NCBI RefSeq assembly: GCF_000012925.1
Contig: NC_007517.1
Span: 1,470,001-1,502,000, forward strand
Source: Geobacter metallireducens GS-15
GTDB taxonomy: Bacteria > Desulfobacterota > Desulfuromonadia > Geobacterales > Geobacteraceae
Direction of reading: 5' to 3'
DNA: 32,000 nt
In this document: positions 1 to 8,530 of the stretch, piece after piece
How the letters are laid out: every line of letters starts with the position of its first letter
How positions within the stretch are numbered: the stretch's first letter is position 1
Notes under the pieces: model-generated
What the model saw: only the letters and a program-made list of their open reading frames with translations
What the model was told of the DNA's origin: nothing
Databases searched by the model: none
Program-made: the position numbers and the translations under genes

Positions 1-1
1 G

Positions 2-598
2 GTTGGGTGTTCGGTCTTTCTCTACGGCTATTTTGATATTGACGTGGTCGAAGCTCCCCATGGCCGGGCTCCGGCGGTGGCCACCGGCGTCAAGCGTGCC
101 CGGCCCGACGCCTTTGTCTTCACCTACCAGGGTGACGGCGACCTGGCCGCCATCGGCACCTCCGAGATCATCCACGCCGCCAACCGTGGCGAGGACATGA
201 CGGTCATCTTCGTCAACAACACCACCTATGGCATGACCGGTGGCCAGATGGCCCCCACTACCCTTGTGGGGCAGAGGACTTCAACCTCTCCCTACGGGAG
301 GAACCAGGGGAAGGATGGCGCCCCCATCAGGATGGCCGAGCTCCTTGCCCAACTCGAGGGGGTTGCCTTCTCGGCCAGGGTGGCGGTCAACAATCCCAAG
401 AACCTCATGGACGCCAAGCGGCAGATCAAGAAGGCGTTCCGGTACCAGGCGGAGGGGAAAGGGTTCTCCTTCATCGAAGCCCTCTCGTCTTGCCCCACCA
501 ACTGGGGGATGGATCCGATCAAGGCAAACGAGCGCGTTGGTACTGAAATGTGCGCCTATTTTCCGCTTGGAGTATTCAAGAACGCTGCTGACCTCTAG
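2..598 (+). CDS. korB: 2-oxoacid (probably 2-oxoglutarate):ferredoxin oxidoreductase beta (TPP-binding) subunit; 5' end lies outside the window
   Basis: The frame is open from nt 2 (VGCSVFLYGYFDID precedes the listed GTG at 44). HGRAPAVATG...YQGDGD...NNTTYGMTGGQMAPTT is the thiamine-diphosphate-binding signature of KorB/OorB-type beta subunits. The gamma subunit follows 43 nt later. Confidence 0.85.
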   Translation, partial: VGCSVFLYGYFDIDVVEAPHGRAPAVATGVKRARPDAFVFTYQGDGDLAAIGTSEIIHAANRGEDMTVIFVNNTTYGMTGGQMAPTTLVGQRTSTSPYGRNQGKDGAPIRMAELLAQLEGVAFSARVAVNNPKNLMDAKRQIKKAFRYQAEGKGFSFIEALSSCPTNWGMDPIKANERVGTEMCAYFPLGVFKNAADL

Positions 599-640
599 CG
601 GACTGCGGCAATCTAGAAATTCTCAAGGAGTTGTGTTCCC

Positions 641-1195
641 ATGCGTCATGACGTTTTTATTTCCGGTTTCGGTGGCCAGGGAGTTCTTTTGGCCGGAAAC
701 CTCCTTGGTTACGCAGCAATGGGGGAGGGGAAGAATGTTTCCTTTTACCCCTCCTACGGGGTCGAGAAGCGCGGCGGTGCCGCCATGTGCACCGTTGTCA
801 TCGCTGACGGCGAGGTGGGCTCGCCGGTTGTTGGCAATCCATCGGTCTCCGTCATCCTTAACCAGACTTCCTTCGATAAATACGCCTCCCGGGTGAAGCC
901 GGGCGGCGTCTGCATCGTCAACACCTCTCTTGTGGAAATAGGCGATTTTTCGAGGTCGGATATCGAACTGATCCCCATCCCCATGAACGAAATTGCCATG
1001 CAGTTGGGAGATCTTCGGATGGTCAATATGGTCGCCGTGGGGGCCTACGCCGCAAAGACCGGTGCCGTATCGCTGCAATCCCTTGAAGGTGCCCTGCGCA
1101 AGACGCTCCCCGAGCGCAATCACCGATTCATCCCGGCAAACGTCAGGGCCATCGAAGCCGGTGCTCAGCGGAGCGGAAGTCACTTTTTAAAATAA
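641..1195 (+). CDS. korC: 2-oxoacid:ferredoxin oxidoreductase gamma subunit
   Basis: 184-aa ORF with AAGGAG (625-630) 10 nt before the ATG. N-terminal ISGFGGQGVLLAGNLLG is the GxGGQG motif of the gamma-subunit family. It sits directly after the beta subunit. Confidence 0.85.
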   Translation: MRHDVFISGFGGQGVLLAGNLLGYAAMGEGKNVSFYPSYGVEKRGGAAMCTVVIADGEVGSPVVGNPSVSVILNQTSFDKYASRVKPGGVCIVNTSLVEIGDFSRSDIELIPIPMNEIAMQLGDLRMVNMVAVGAYAAKTGAVSLQSLEGALRKTLPERNHRFIPANVRAIEAGAQRSGSHFLK

Positions 1196-1208
1196 TCTGA
1201 AAAAACCG

Positions 1209-1238
1209 TTGACAGGGTTCGGGATCGTTTGCTATAAG
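1209..1238 (+). promoter_or_regulatory. sigma70-like promoter for the tRNA-Gln/tRNA-Glu pair
   Basis: Perfect TTGACA (1209-1214), 18-nt spacer, TATAAG (1233-1238), ending 16 nt before the mature tRNA-Gln 5' end. Sequence match only. Confidence 0.4.
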
Positions 1239-1253
1239 GATGATCCTTGCTCT

Positions 1254-1328
1254 TGGGGTGTCGCCAAGCGGTAAGGCACCGGATTTTGATTCCGGCATTC
1301 CCAGGTTCGAATCCTGGCACCCCAGCCA
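1254..1328 (+). tRNA. tRNA-Gln (anticodon UUG), CCA encoded
   Basis: Cloverleaf folded by hand. Acceptor TGGGGTG/CACCCCA, D arm GCC-AAGCGGTAA-GGC, anticodon stem CCGGA/TCCGG with loop TTTTGAT (TTG), T arm CCAGG-TTCGAAT-CCTGG, discriminator G plus CCA. Confidence 0.93.
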
Positions 1329-1389
1329 CTACCAACACATGCAAGCGAGGGTGGAAGATAATCCGGCGCAGCACGCGAAATACAGTTTC

Positions 1390-1464
1390 GGTCCCATCGT
1401 CTAGCGGTTAGGACACCGGCCTTTCACGTCGGTAACAGGGGTTCAAGTCCCCTTGGGATCACCA
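1390..1464 (+). tRNA. tRNA-Glu (anticodon UUC), CCA encoded
   Basis: Acceptor GGTCCCA/TGGGATC (one G-T pair), D arm GTC-TAGCGGTTA-GGAC, anticodon stem CCGGC/GTCGG with loop CTTTCAC (TTC), T arm AGGGG-TTCAAGT-CCCCT, then ACCA. Close to canonical bacterial tRNA-Glu. Confidence 0.93.
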
Positions 1465-1470
1465 TACGAA

Positions 1471-1505
1471 GCGGCAAACCTTTTTGAAGGGTTGCCGCTT
1501 TTTTT
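1471..1505 (+). terminator. Rho-independent terminator after tRNA-Glu
   Basis: GCGGCAAACC (1471-1480) pairs with GGGTTGCCGC (1489-1498), one mismatch, and is followed by a run of 7 T. Confidence 0.7.
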
Positions 1506-1506
1506 A

Positions 1507-2832
1507 GGTTCTTCAGGGAATTCCGGGGAAGATTAATAAACAACAACGGCAGCACTGCGGTATCTTGATGGTTCCCCAACCAAAAAAGATCGCAGGAGGC
1601 TGCCGTTGTCGTATTCCGATGTTATCGCAATTGCGGGAGGGTGGGAAGGATATCGTGTTGCTGGGGCACGCACTATCGTCACAAGTGATGCCAAACGGAT
1701 CGAGGTAGAACTGATTGCCCTGTCCCAGGATGAGATGGTGTGTGGCTCGTGCGGTGGGCGTTGCACAAGCGTCCATGAAACGACCAAGCGCGTAATTCGA
1801 GATTTGCCGATTCTCGATGCTCAGACTTATCTGATCGTTCACCGCCGCAGGCTGCTGTGCCCTCAGTGTGGGCCAACGCTGGAGCGTCTGTCATGGCTGG
1901 CGAAATACGCCCGCGTGACGCGCAGGCTTGCAGAGAGCGTAGCGCGACTGTGTGGTGTCGTGTCTGTGAAGCACGTGGCGCAGTATCTGGGGCTTTCTTG
2001 GGACCAGGTGAAGGAAATCGACAAGCGCTCACTCACAGAGCGGGTCGGCACCGTCGACCTCTCAAACATCGAAGTTCTCGGGATGGATGAGTTCGCCCTT
2101 CACAAGGGGCACCGCTATGCGACGGTTATCATCGAGCCATACCGTAAGGAAGTCTTATGGATCGGCAAAGGCAGGAGTCGCGAGAGTATCCGTCCTTTCT
2201 TCACGCAGCTTGGCCCACATGGCTGTAAACGGCTCAAAGCGGTCGTGATGGATATGAACGCATCATATGAGGAGGAAATCAAGCAGCACTCGCCCCAGGC
2301 AGACATAGTCTACGACCTGTTCCATGTGGTGGCGAAGTATGGCAGGGAAGTGATCGACAGGGTGCGAGTCGATGAGGCAAACCGCCTGAAGGAAGACAAG
2401 AAGGCACGGAAGGTAGTCAAAACATCGCGGTGGTTGCTGCTACGAAACAGCGAGAACGTCAAGGGCGACGACATGCTTCGCCTCCAGGAACTGTTGGAGG
2501 CAAACCGCAGCCTCCTTACGGTCTACCTGCTCAAAGACGATCTGAAGCAACTGTGGAAGTTTACCTGCATTGAAGAGGCGGGACTATTCTGGGAGCAGTG
2601 GCACCAAAGGGCGATGGAGAGTGGAATACCGCCACTCATCCTGTTTGCCCGCCGGCTAAAGGGCTATCTCCAAGGAATCCTCAATCACTGCCTCTGGCCC
2701 CTTCACACCGGAATCCTCGAAGGCATCAATAACAAGATCAAGGTGATCAAAAGAATGGCCTACGGCTTCCGGGATCACGAATACTTCTTTCTCAAGATCA
2801 GGGCCGCTTTCCCCGGAATTCCCGGATGAACC
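1507..2832 (+). mobile_element. ISL3-family insertion sequence (copy 1), about 1.33 kb
   Basis: Terminal inverted repeats GGTTCTTCAGGGAATTCCGGGGAA (1507-1530) and the reverse complement of 2809-2832 (GGTTCATCCGGGAATTCCGGGGAA) match 22/24. A single transposase ORF fills the element. T-rich flanking duplication TTTTTTTA (1499-1506 vs about 2834-2841); the boundary is ambiguous by 1 nt because of the T run. Confidence 0.85.
1606..2829 (+). CDS. ISL3-family transposase
   Basis: 407 aa. TTG start 6 nt after AGGAGG (1594-1599). N-terminal Cys-pair zinc-finger region (CGSCGG...CPQCG) and the conserved ISL3 C-terminal motif NNKIKVIKRMAYGFRD. The stop lies inside the right IR. Confidence 0.9.
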   Translation: MSYSDVIAIAGGWEGYRVAGARTIVTSDAKRIEVELIALSQDEMVCGSCGGRCTSVHETTKRVIRDLPILDAQTYLIVHRRRLLCPQCGPTLERLSWLAKYARVTRRLAESVARLCGVVSVKHVAQYLGLSWDQVKEIDKRSLTERVGTVDLSNIEVLGMDEFALHKGHRYATVIIEPYRKEVLWIGKGRSRESIRPFFTQLGPHGCKRLKAVVMDMNASYEEEIKQHSPQADIVYDLFHVVAKYGREVIDRVRVDEANRLKEDKKARKVVKTSRWLLLRNSENVKGDDMLRLQELLEANRSLLTVYLLKDDLKQLWKFTCIEEAGLFWEQWHQRAMESGIPPLILFARRLKGYLQGILNHCLWPLHTGILEGINNKIKVIKRMAYGFRDHEYFFLKIRAAFPGIPG

Positions 2833-3045
2833 TTTTTTTTATCCCCATTGATTGCATTGTGTAGGCATAAACCCCTTTAATTTTCCGGCGGCGTTTGCTA
2901 TTGTTACTACCTTGAAATTTGGTGATTGGAGGGTCCTTACCCCAGCATCTTCACGGGCTTCCCTCAATGGCTGCCATGGAGAAGGCGAGGGCGTTGTTTA
3001 TCGATTGACTTGAATATGAAAAATTCAATGGAGATTGGTTACGGA

Positions 3046-4128
3046 ATGAAAAAAGCTCTCATTACCGGTATTACCGGACAGGATGGATCGTACCTCGCAG
3101 AACTGTTGCTGGAAAAAGGTTACGAGGTCCACGGCGTCAAGCGCAGGGCCTCTCTGTTTAACACGGATCGGATTGACCACCTCTACCAGGACCCCCACGA
3201 AACAGGGCGGCGTTTCGTGCTTCACTATGGCGACATGACCGATTCCACCAACCTGATCAGAATCATCCAGTCGGTCCAACCCGACGAGATATACAATCTG
3301 GCAGCACAATCCCACGTGGCGGTATCGTTTGAAACGCCGGAATACACCGCCAATGCCGATGCCATCGGCCCCCTGCGGATCCTCGAAGCGATTCGCATCC
3401 TCGGCCTGGAAAAGAAGACCCGCTTTTACCAGGCATCAACGTCCGAACTGTACGGTCTGGTTCAGGAAATCCCCCAGAAAGAGACGACCCCCTTCTACCC
3501 CCGCTCTCCCTATGCCGTTGCCAAGCTCTACGCCTACTGGATCACCGTCAACTACCGCGAATCATACGGTATCTATGGCTGCAACGGCATCCTGTTCAAT
3601 CACGAATCACCGGTGAGGGGGGAGACCTTCGTCACCCGCAAGATTACCCGCGCCTTGGCTCGCATCAAGCTGGGATTGCAGGAGTGCCTCTATCTGGGCA
3701 ACCTTGACGCAAAGCGCGACTGGGGGCATGCCCGGGATTATGTTGAAATGCAGTGGCTCCTGATGCAGCAGGATGAGCCTGAAGACTGGGTCATTGCCAC
3801 CGGTATCCAGTACAGCGTCCGTGACTTTGTCAACGCCGCTGCCGAAGAGTTGGGGATGAAGATAGCGTGGCAAGGGGCGGGAGTCAATGAGACCGGAACC
3901 GATCACTCCGGCAAGGTCATGGTCAAGGTCGATCCGCGCTATTTCCGCCCCACCGAGGTGGAGACCCTCCTGGGCGACGCGGCCAAGGCCAGGGAGAAAC
4001 TGGGGTGGGCTCCAAAAATCAGTTTCAGGGAACTGGTGTCCGAGATGGTGCGCGAGGACCTGAGAGCCGCCGAACGTGATGAGTTGGTAAAGAAACACGG
4101 CTACAAGGCGTTTGACCACCATGAATAA
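3046..4128 (+). CDS. gmd: GDP-mannose 4,6-dehydratase
   Basis: [30 protein letters not shown]..., [18 protein letters not shown] and [17 protein letters not shown] are collinear with bacterial Gmd. I chose ATG 3046 (GGAG 14 nt upstream) rather than the upstream ORF start at 2926. Confidence 0.93.
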   Translation: MKKALITGITGQDGSYLAELLLEKGYEVHGVKRRASLFNTDRIDHLYQDPHETGRRFVLHYGDMTDSTNLIRIIQSVQPDEIYNLAAQSHVAVSFETPEYTANADAIGPLRILEAIRILGLEKKTRFYQASTSELYGLVQEIPQKETTPFYPRSPYAVAKLYAYWITVNYRESYGIYGCNGILFNHESPVRGETFVTRKITRALARIKLGLQECLYLGNLDAKRDWGHARDYVEMQWLLMQQDEPEDWVIATGIQYSVRDFVNAAAEELGMKIAWQGAGVNETGTDHSGKVMVKVDPRYFRPTEVETLLGDAAKAREKLGWAPKISFRELVSEMVREDLRAAERDELVKKHGYKAFDHHE

Positions 4129-5086
4129 GGATTCGCGAATCTTCGTTGCCGGGTCCCATGGGCTCGTGGGTTCCGCACTTGTCAGGCAATTGCGGTCCCG
4201 TGGGTATGTCAATCTCTTGCTTCCCGAGAAGAGGGAACTTGACCTGGCCCATCAGCAGGCCGTGGCGGACTTCTTTGCAAGTCAAAAACCCGACTACGTA
4301 TTCCTTGCTGCTGCCAAGGTCGGCGGCATCCATGCCAATAACACCTATCCTGCCGACTTCATCTACACCAACCTGATGATTCAGAACAACGTCATTCACC
4401 ACGCCTGGCTGAACGGCGTCAAACGGCTCCTCTTCCTCGGCTCATCCTGCATCTATCCGAAGCACGCACCGCAGCCCATGCAAGAGGAGCATCTCCTGAC
4501 CGGTCCCCTGGAACCCACCAACGAGCCCTACGCCATAGCGAAAATTGCCGGCATCAAGATGTGCGAATCCTACAACCGACAATATGGCACCAAATTTGTA
4601 GCAGTCATGCCTACCAATCTCTATGGTCCCGGCGACAACTTCCACCCCGAGAACAGCCATGTCCTCCCCGCGCTGATCCGGCGGTTCCACGAAGCCAAGA
4701 GGCAGAACGCTTCATCGGTTGTTGTCTGGGGAAGCGGCACACCTCGCCGGGAGCTGCTCTATGTTGATGACATGGCGGAGGGGTGTCTTCATGTCATGGA
4801 TTTAACGGATGATCAGCTTGCTTCGGAGCTGTTGAGCTACCCCAAGCCGTGTTTCGTGAATCTCGGCACGGGGCATGATGTCACCATCCGTGAACTGGCA
4901 GAAACAGTCCGTAATGTAGTCGGGTTTTCCGGCGACCTGGTATTCGATGCATCAAAACCCGATGGAACTCCCCGCAAGCTTCAAGACATCTCACGGATGC
5001 ACGGTCTAGGATGGCGGCACAGGGTGGAGCTTGAAGAGGGGATTCGGCGCACGTATCAGTGGTATGTGGAAAATTACGCAAAGTGA
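4121..5086 (+). CDS. fcl: GDP-L-fucose synthase (GDP-4-keto-6-deoxymannose 3,5-epimerase/4-reductase)
   Basis: [35 protein letters not shown] and [11 protein letters not shown] are collinear with Fcl/WcaG. ATG 4121 overlaps the gmd stop (ATGAATAA). The listed ORF start at 4112 is a TTG. Confidence 0.92.
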   Translation: MNKDSRIFVAGSHGLVGSALVRQLRSRGYVNLLLPEKRELDLAHQQAVADFFASQKPDYVFLAAAKVGGIHANNTYPADFIYTNLMIQNNVIHHAWLNGVKRLLFLGSSCIYPKHAPQPMQEEHLLTGPLEPTNEPYAIAKIAGIKMCESYNRQYGTKFVAVMPTNLYGPGDNFHPENSHVLPALIRRFHEAKRQNASSVVVWGSGTPRRELLYVDDMAEGCLHVMDLTDDQLASELLSYPKPCFVNLGTGHDVTIRELAETVRNVVGFSGDLVFDASKPDGTPRKLQDISRMHGLGWRHRVELEEGIRRTYQWYVENYAK

Positions 5087-5098
5087 GGAAGTCGAACG

Positions 5099-5500
5099 TT
5101 GCGATCCGATCTTTCTGCATCTGTCGTAGATACCTTGAGGGCGGCGCTCGAGGATGAACCGCTGCTAGAACTGGCAGTACTGATCGGGAGTGGGGCAACG
5201 GGCCGCCGAGGCTTGGAAAGCGACTGGGACATCGCTATTCAGTGGGATCGGGATGTTTCCCTTCTTGGGCACCTGGGGCGAACCGAAAGCCTCCGAAGGC
5301 GGCTGGCGTCCATCCTTGGTATAACAGAAGACACCGTCGACCTGATCGACCTCCCCTCGGCCCGCTTGGCCATGCGCGCTGTGGTCGCAGAAGAGGGGAT
5401 CCCTCTTAAAGGGGAAGACGGACTTCCCTGGCAGCATTTTCTCCGACGAACCTGGCGCGATCTTGAAGATTACTACTGGGAGCAGACCTATGCGGCTTGA
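5099..5500 (+). CDS. MNT-type nucleotidyltransferase (antitoxin of HepT/MNT module 1)
   Basis: 133 aa. TTG start 7 nt after GAGGAAG. GSGATGR...SDWDIAI matches the GSxxxG...DxD minimal nucleotidyltransferase motif. It overlaps the downstream DUF86/HepT gene by 11 nt. Confidence 0.75.
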   Translation: MRSDLSASVVDTLRAALEDEPLLELAVLIGSGATGRRGLESDWDIAIQWDRDVSLLGHLGRTESLRRRLASILGITEDTVDLIDLPSARLAMRAVVAEEGIPLKGEDGLPWQHFLRRTWRDLEDYYWEQTYAA

Positions 5501-5918
5501 CCTGTACCAGGCTGAAACGGCATATATCGCCCAGGAACAAACGGCGCTGCTGGATGAGGCCCGTGCTATTTTGCTTTCTGAAAGGCCCCTGTCACGTCTT
5601 GAAGAGAACGGTGTACTCCATGCCATACAGGTGCTTGTAGAGAATGCCATCGGCAAGGCAAAGCAGTTGCTCAAGGCAAGCGGAAAGCAGGTGCCTGTAT
5701 CGGCATATGACAGCTTTCATGCCCTGGCTGACCTGGGGGTGATCAAGGTCAGCTCCCTTGCTGCGTGGAATGCCACCATAGGATTGCGTAACCGGCTAGT
5801 CCATGACTACATGAATATCGACATGGGCCGGATTTTAGAACTTGTCAGAAATGAACAGTACCGGTTTGTGACGGAGTTCCTCATGTCGCCTGTGCAGGAA
5901 GTGAGTGATAAAGCGTAA
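5490..5918 (+). CDS. HepT (DUF86/HEPN) toxin of module 1
   Basis: The RNRLVHDY match to the HEPN Rx4HxY motif is near the C-terminus. Start taken at the ATG overlapping the MNT stop (ATGCGGCTTGA); the ORF track start at 5463 is also possible. Confidence 0.8.
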   Translation: MRLDLYQAETAYIAQEQTALLDEARAILLSERPLSRLEENGVLHAIQVLVENAIGKAKQLLKASGKQVPVSAYDSFHALADLGVIKVSSLAAWNATIGLRNRLVHDYMNIDMGRILELVRNEQYRFVTEFLMSPVQEVSDKA

Positions 5919-5956
5919 ACGCTTTTGCGAGAATGAGAGAATTTCCTATTTTGGAT

Positions 5957-7270
5957 CACTACTGTCCGGTTAATAGTTGAATAAGTTCAGTTGGTTGCGC
6001 TCAGGATAATCAGCATTTCGCTTGAGAGCCTCCGCAACCAGCGATGAAATGGGCTTTTTCTCGAACAAGTTGACCTCCAGAATCTGTAGAAAAGTGTAGA
6101 GCGAACACGGAACCCCCAACTTCTTTTTCGTGATCGCCACCAGCAGATAGATGCACAAGGCAACCCATATCTGGCTCTTCACGGCATTGACTGACGTTCC
6201 GATGAACGACTTGATCCGCAGGTGCTGTTTGATCCATTTGAAAAACAGCTCCACCTGCCAGCGCTGCTTGTAAATCGCAGCCACCGTCGCTGCCGGAATC
6301 TCGAAGTTGTTCGTGAGAAATACGAGTCGCTTGTTCCGTTCTTTGTCAACATAGCTGACCCGGCGCAGTTTCTCCGGATACCCCTTTTTCGACTTCTGCG
6401 TCACCAGGGTGATAATCTGGTCTGCCCGTACACCTGATTCCTTGTCCTTCGGATGGGAATATAACCGCTGGCATTTCAGGTTGTCCTTTGCCCGAACTAC
6501 GAAGAATGCTCCCTGCTTGTGGATGGAGTGGAGCCGGGCAAAATCGACATACCCTCTGTCCATCGTGTAAATGGCATCCTTTGCAACCGGCAGATGGTCC
6601 AGCATCCTGACATCGTGGACCTTGCCAGTGGTAATAGTGACCCAGGTTGGAATGGGACCACGCAGATCAATGAGCGTATGCATCTTGACCGCCGCCTTGG
6701 TTTTGCGGAACTCGGCCCATGGGAACAGCGTAAGGCACAGGTCGATAGTGGTCGAGTCAAAGGCGTAGAGCGGTTGCGTAAGCTCAACGGCGATGGCATC
6801 AGCCTGGTACAGCTGCTGAGCTATGCCGATCAGTACATGACCGAAGTCTTGGAAGATACGCCAGTCCCTGCGCTCGTTCGCGTCGGCAAGGGTCGTGCGG
6901 GAGACATCACCACGAAAGCCGATGTGGTACAGCTTCTCCTGGTGGGAGTTCAGGCAGGTCTCGATATCCCGCAAGCTCTCACGGCCAGCCATCTGGGCAT
7001 AAGCCAGGCAGAGGAACTGGTCATAGGTCGAGAACTTCTTCTCCCGATACTCGCCACGGTGTCGGCGAACGCAGAGATTGAATTCGTACCGGGGCAGAAA
7101 CTGCAGAAGTTGTTTGAAAACGGTCGGACCGGTGTGCATTGCTCCCCTCCTGTAAAGGGAGGAAGGCTACACCCAGAACGAATTCATGTCGAAAAAAGAA
7201 CAATTGTGCCAAAGAGCAATAAAGTTCAACAAGTTACAGCTGTACAATCAAAGTTTACCGGACAGTAGTA
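5957..7270 (-). mobile_element. IS4-family insertion sequence, about 1.31 kb
   Basis: Terminal inverted repeats CACTACTGTCCGGT (5957-5970) and ACCGGACAGTAGTA (7257-7270) match 13/14. Perfect 9-bp direct duplication ATTTTGGAT (5948-5956 and 7271-7279). One DDE transposase ORF inside. Confidence 0.85.
5970..7139 (-). CDS. IS4-family DDE transposase
   Basis: 389 aa. The N-terminal FKQLLQFLPRYEF...DQFLCLAYAQMAGRESLRDIE region (DUF4372-like) and C-terminal YKQRWQVELFFKWIKQHLRIKSF are typical of IS4/IS5-superfamily DDE_Tnp_1 enzymes. Confidence 0.9.
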   Translation of the reverse strand: MHTGPTVFKQLLQFLPRYEFNLCVRRHRGEYREKKFSTYDQFLCLAYAQMAGRESLRDIETCLNSHQEKLYHIGFRGDVSRTTLADANERRDWRIFQDFGHVLIGIAQQLYQADAIAVELTQPLYAFDSTTIDLCLTLFPWAEFRKTKAAVKMHTLIDLRGPIPTWVTITTGKVHDVRMLDHLPVAKDAIYTMDRGYVDFARLHSIHKQGAFFVVRAKDNLKCQRLYSHPKDKESGVRADQIITLVTQKSKKGYPEKLRRVSYVDKERNKRLVFLTNNFEIPAATVAAIYKQRWQVELFFKWIKQHLRIKSFIGTSVNAVKSQIWVALCIYLLVAITKKKLGVPCSLYTFLQILEVNLFEKKPISSLVAEALKRNADYPERNQLNLFNY

Positions 7271-7274
7271 ATTT

Positions 7275-7299
7275 TGGATAACGATTCGGTCAGAAGGAT
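7275..7299 (+). pseudogene. 5' stub of the small coiled-coil (cc) gene family
   Basis: 25 nt are identical to 8218-8242 (TGGATAACGATTCGGTCAGAAGGAT), the first codons of the cc copy at 8217. Homology ends abruptly at 7300, and the IS4 element is inserted at its start. Confidence 0.6.
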
Positions 7300-7335
7300 A
7301 GGGCGGACGTATCAGTGGTATGTGGAAAATGTGAG
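7297..7335 (+). repeat. Duplicate of the fcl 3' end
   Basis: 24 nt are exact (7307-7330 = 5051-5074, ACGTATCAGTGGTATGTGGAAAAT), with weaker similarity on both sides. It would encode RTYQWYVEN, the fcl C-terminus. Confidence 0.85.
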
Positions 7336-7371
7336 CAAGGATTCCCGCCGGTCAACTTGATGGATTGCGAT

Positions 7372-7761
7372 ATGGAACAGTTGAAGACTGAGCTTGCACC
7401 GATTTTCGCAAAATACCATGACGAGATTGTCGCCGCCTATCTTTTCGGTTCGACTGCCAGTGGGCTGACATCCTCTTTAAGCGATATTGATATTGCAGTG
7501 TTGCCGCGCAACACGGATAAAGTGAGTGGAGCAACACTGAAATTTCATCTATACGCAGACCTGTGCCGAAAACTGAACAGAAACGATATCGATTTGATGA
7601 TGATGGGGCTTTCAGGCAATCTTATCTTGAATGATGAGATTCTCCGGAATGGGAAACTTCTCTACGTGACCGACCATGATGCCCGAGACGACTTTGAGCT
7701 CAAGGTTCTCCATAGGTGCACGGATTTCAAATTTCAGCGTCGATACGCCATGGGGGTTTAG
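7372..7761 (+). CDS. MNT-type nucleotidyltransferase (antitoxin of module 2)
   Basis: LFGSTASG...SDIDIAV motif. Start taken at MEQLK (ATG 7372); ATG 7360 is an alternative, and the ORF-track start at 7315 reads through the fcl-end duplicate. The stop overlaps the HepT GTG by 1 nt. Confidence 0.75.
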   Translation: MEQLKTELAPIFAKYHDEIVAAYLFGSTASGLTSSLSDIDIAVLPRNTDKVSGATLKFHLYADLCRKLNRNDIDLMMMGLSGNLILNDEILRNGKLLYVTDHDARDDFELKVLHRCTDFKFQRRYAMGV

Positions 7762-8177
7762 TGGAGCGCATACGGCAGAAGATAGGAAGAATCAACGAAC
7801 ATCTTTCTATAATTCGCGCAATCAAGGATGATTGCAGTCGCAAATTTGCTGTTGATCCGATATATCGCGGTGCATTGCTCCACTATCTCTATCTGCTTTC
7901 TGATGGTTGCATCGTGCTGGCAGAGTTGGTAATAAAGCATAAAGGGTTACGACTCCCTCAGTCTTATGCGGAATCGTTCGATATCCTCGGTGAGAGCAAG
8001 GTACTTGATGAGGACTTCGCTTATCGTTTTGCGAGTATTGCCGGTTTCCGTAACTTTCTCGCCCATGACTATGAAAAGATTGATCAGGAAGTAATTTGTG
8101 GCGCGATAATGAACAGCCTGAATGATGTAGATATCTTCCTGCAACATATTCGTAAGTCAATGGGGTTAGTTGGTTGA
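7761..8177 (+). CDS. HepT (DUF86/HEPN) toxin of module 2
   Basis: FRNFLAHDY matches Rx4HxY. An in-frame GTG at 7761 overlaps the MNT stop (TAGTG). The ORF-track ATG at 7716 lies inside the MNT gene. Confidence 0.8.
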   Translation: MERIRQKIGRINEHLSIIRAIKDDCSRKFAVDPIYRGALLHYLYLLSDGCIVLAELVIKHKGLRLPQSYAESFDILGESKVLDEDFAYRFASIAGFRNFLAHDYEKIDQEVICGAIMNSLNDVDIFLQHIRKSMGLVG

Positions 8178-8216
8178 TTAAATTGCTCAAGAGCAGTTGG
8201 AAGAGAATATTGCATC

Positions 8217-8481
8217 ATGGATAACGATTCGGTCAGAAGGATTGAGGAACAGTTCAAGCATCACATTGGTGTTCTTTTCTGAAGATTGTCAGAGCAAGCT
8301 CGATCTGGTGGTTGAAGGACAGCAGATGATTGTGGAGAAGGTAGACCGACTGGGAACCCGGATGGATCGTCTTGACACCAAGGTTGATACGTCGGATGTC
8401 AAAGTAGATGTTGTATTTGCCGATCTTTGCGTCCACCGGGCCGACACTGCGGTCCATCACGGGGTGTATCGGGTGAAGTAA
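8217..8481 (+). pseudogene. cc-family gene, frameshifted
   Basis: ATG 8217 gives MDNDSVRRIEEQFKHHIGVLF then a stop at 8280. The rest (EDCQSKLDLVVEGQQMIVEKVDRLGTRMDRLDTKVD...HRADTAVHHGVYRVK) continues in another frame and is collinear with the intact copy at 8531. The shift maps to the T run at 8275-8278. Confidence 0.65.
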
Positions 8482-8530
8482 GGGTAATTCCCGGGCTTTA
8501 AACCGGCATCTGGCACAATGGAGATGATAA

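Noticed and set aside
1180-1374. 64-aa minus-strand ORF.
   Set aside because: It overlaps tRNA-Gln on the opposite strand and is an artefact of ORF calling.
5948-5956. Resemblance between the IS4 target duplication ATTTTGGAT and the GAATTTTGRAT motif family at 23.8-25.5 kb.
   Set aside because: Only 9 nt are shared, well within chance for this window size, and here the sequence is explained as the cc gene start region.
6519-7268. 249-aa plus-strand ORF inside the IS4 element.
   Set aside because: It is antisense to the clearly recognisable DDE transposase and has no motif of its own. It runs through the terminal inverted repeat.
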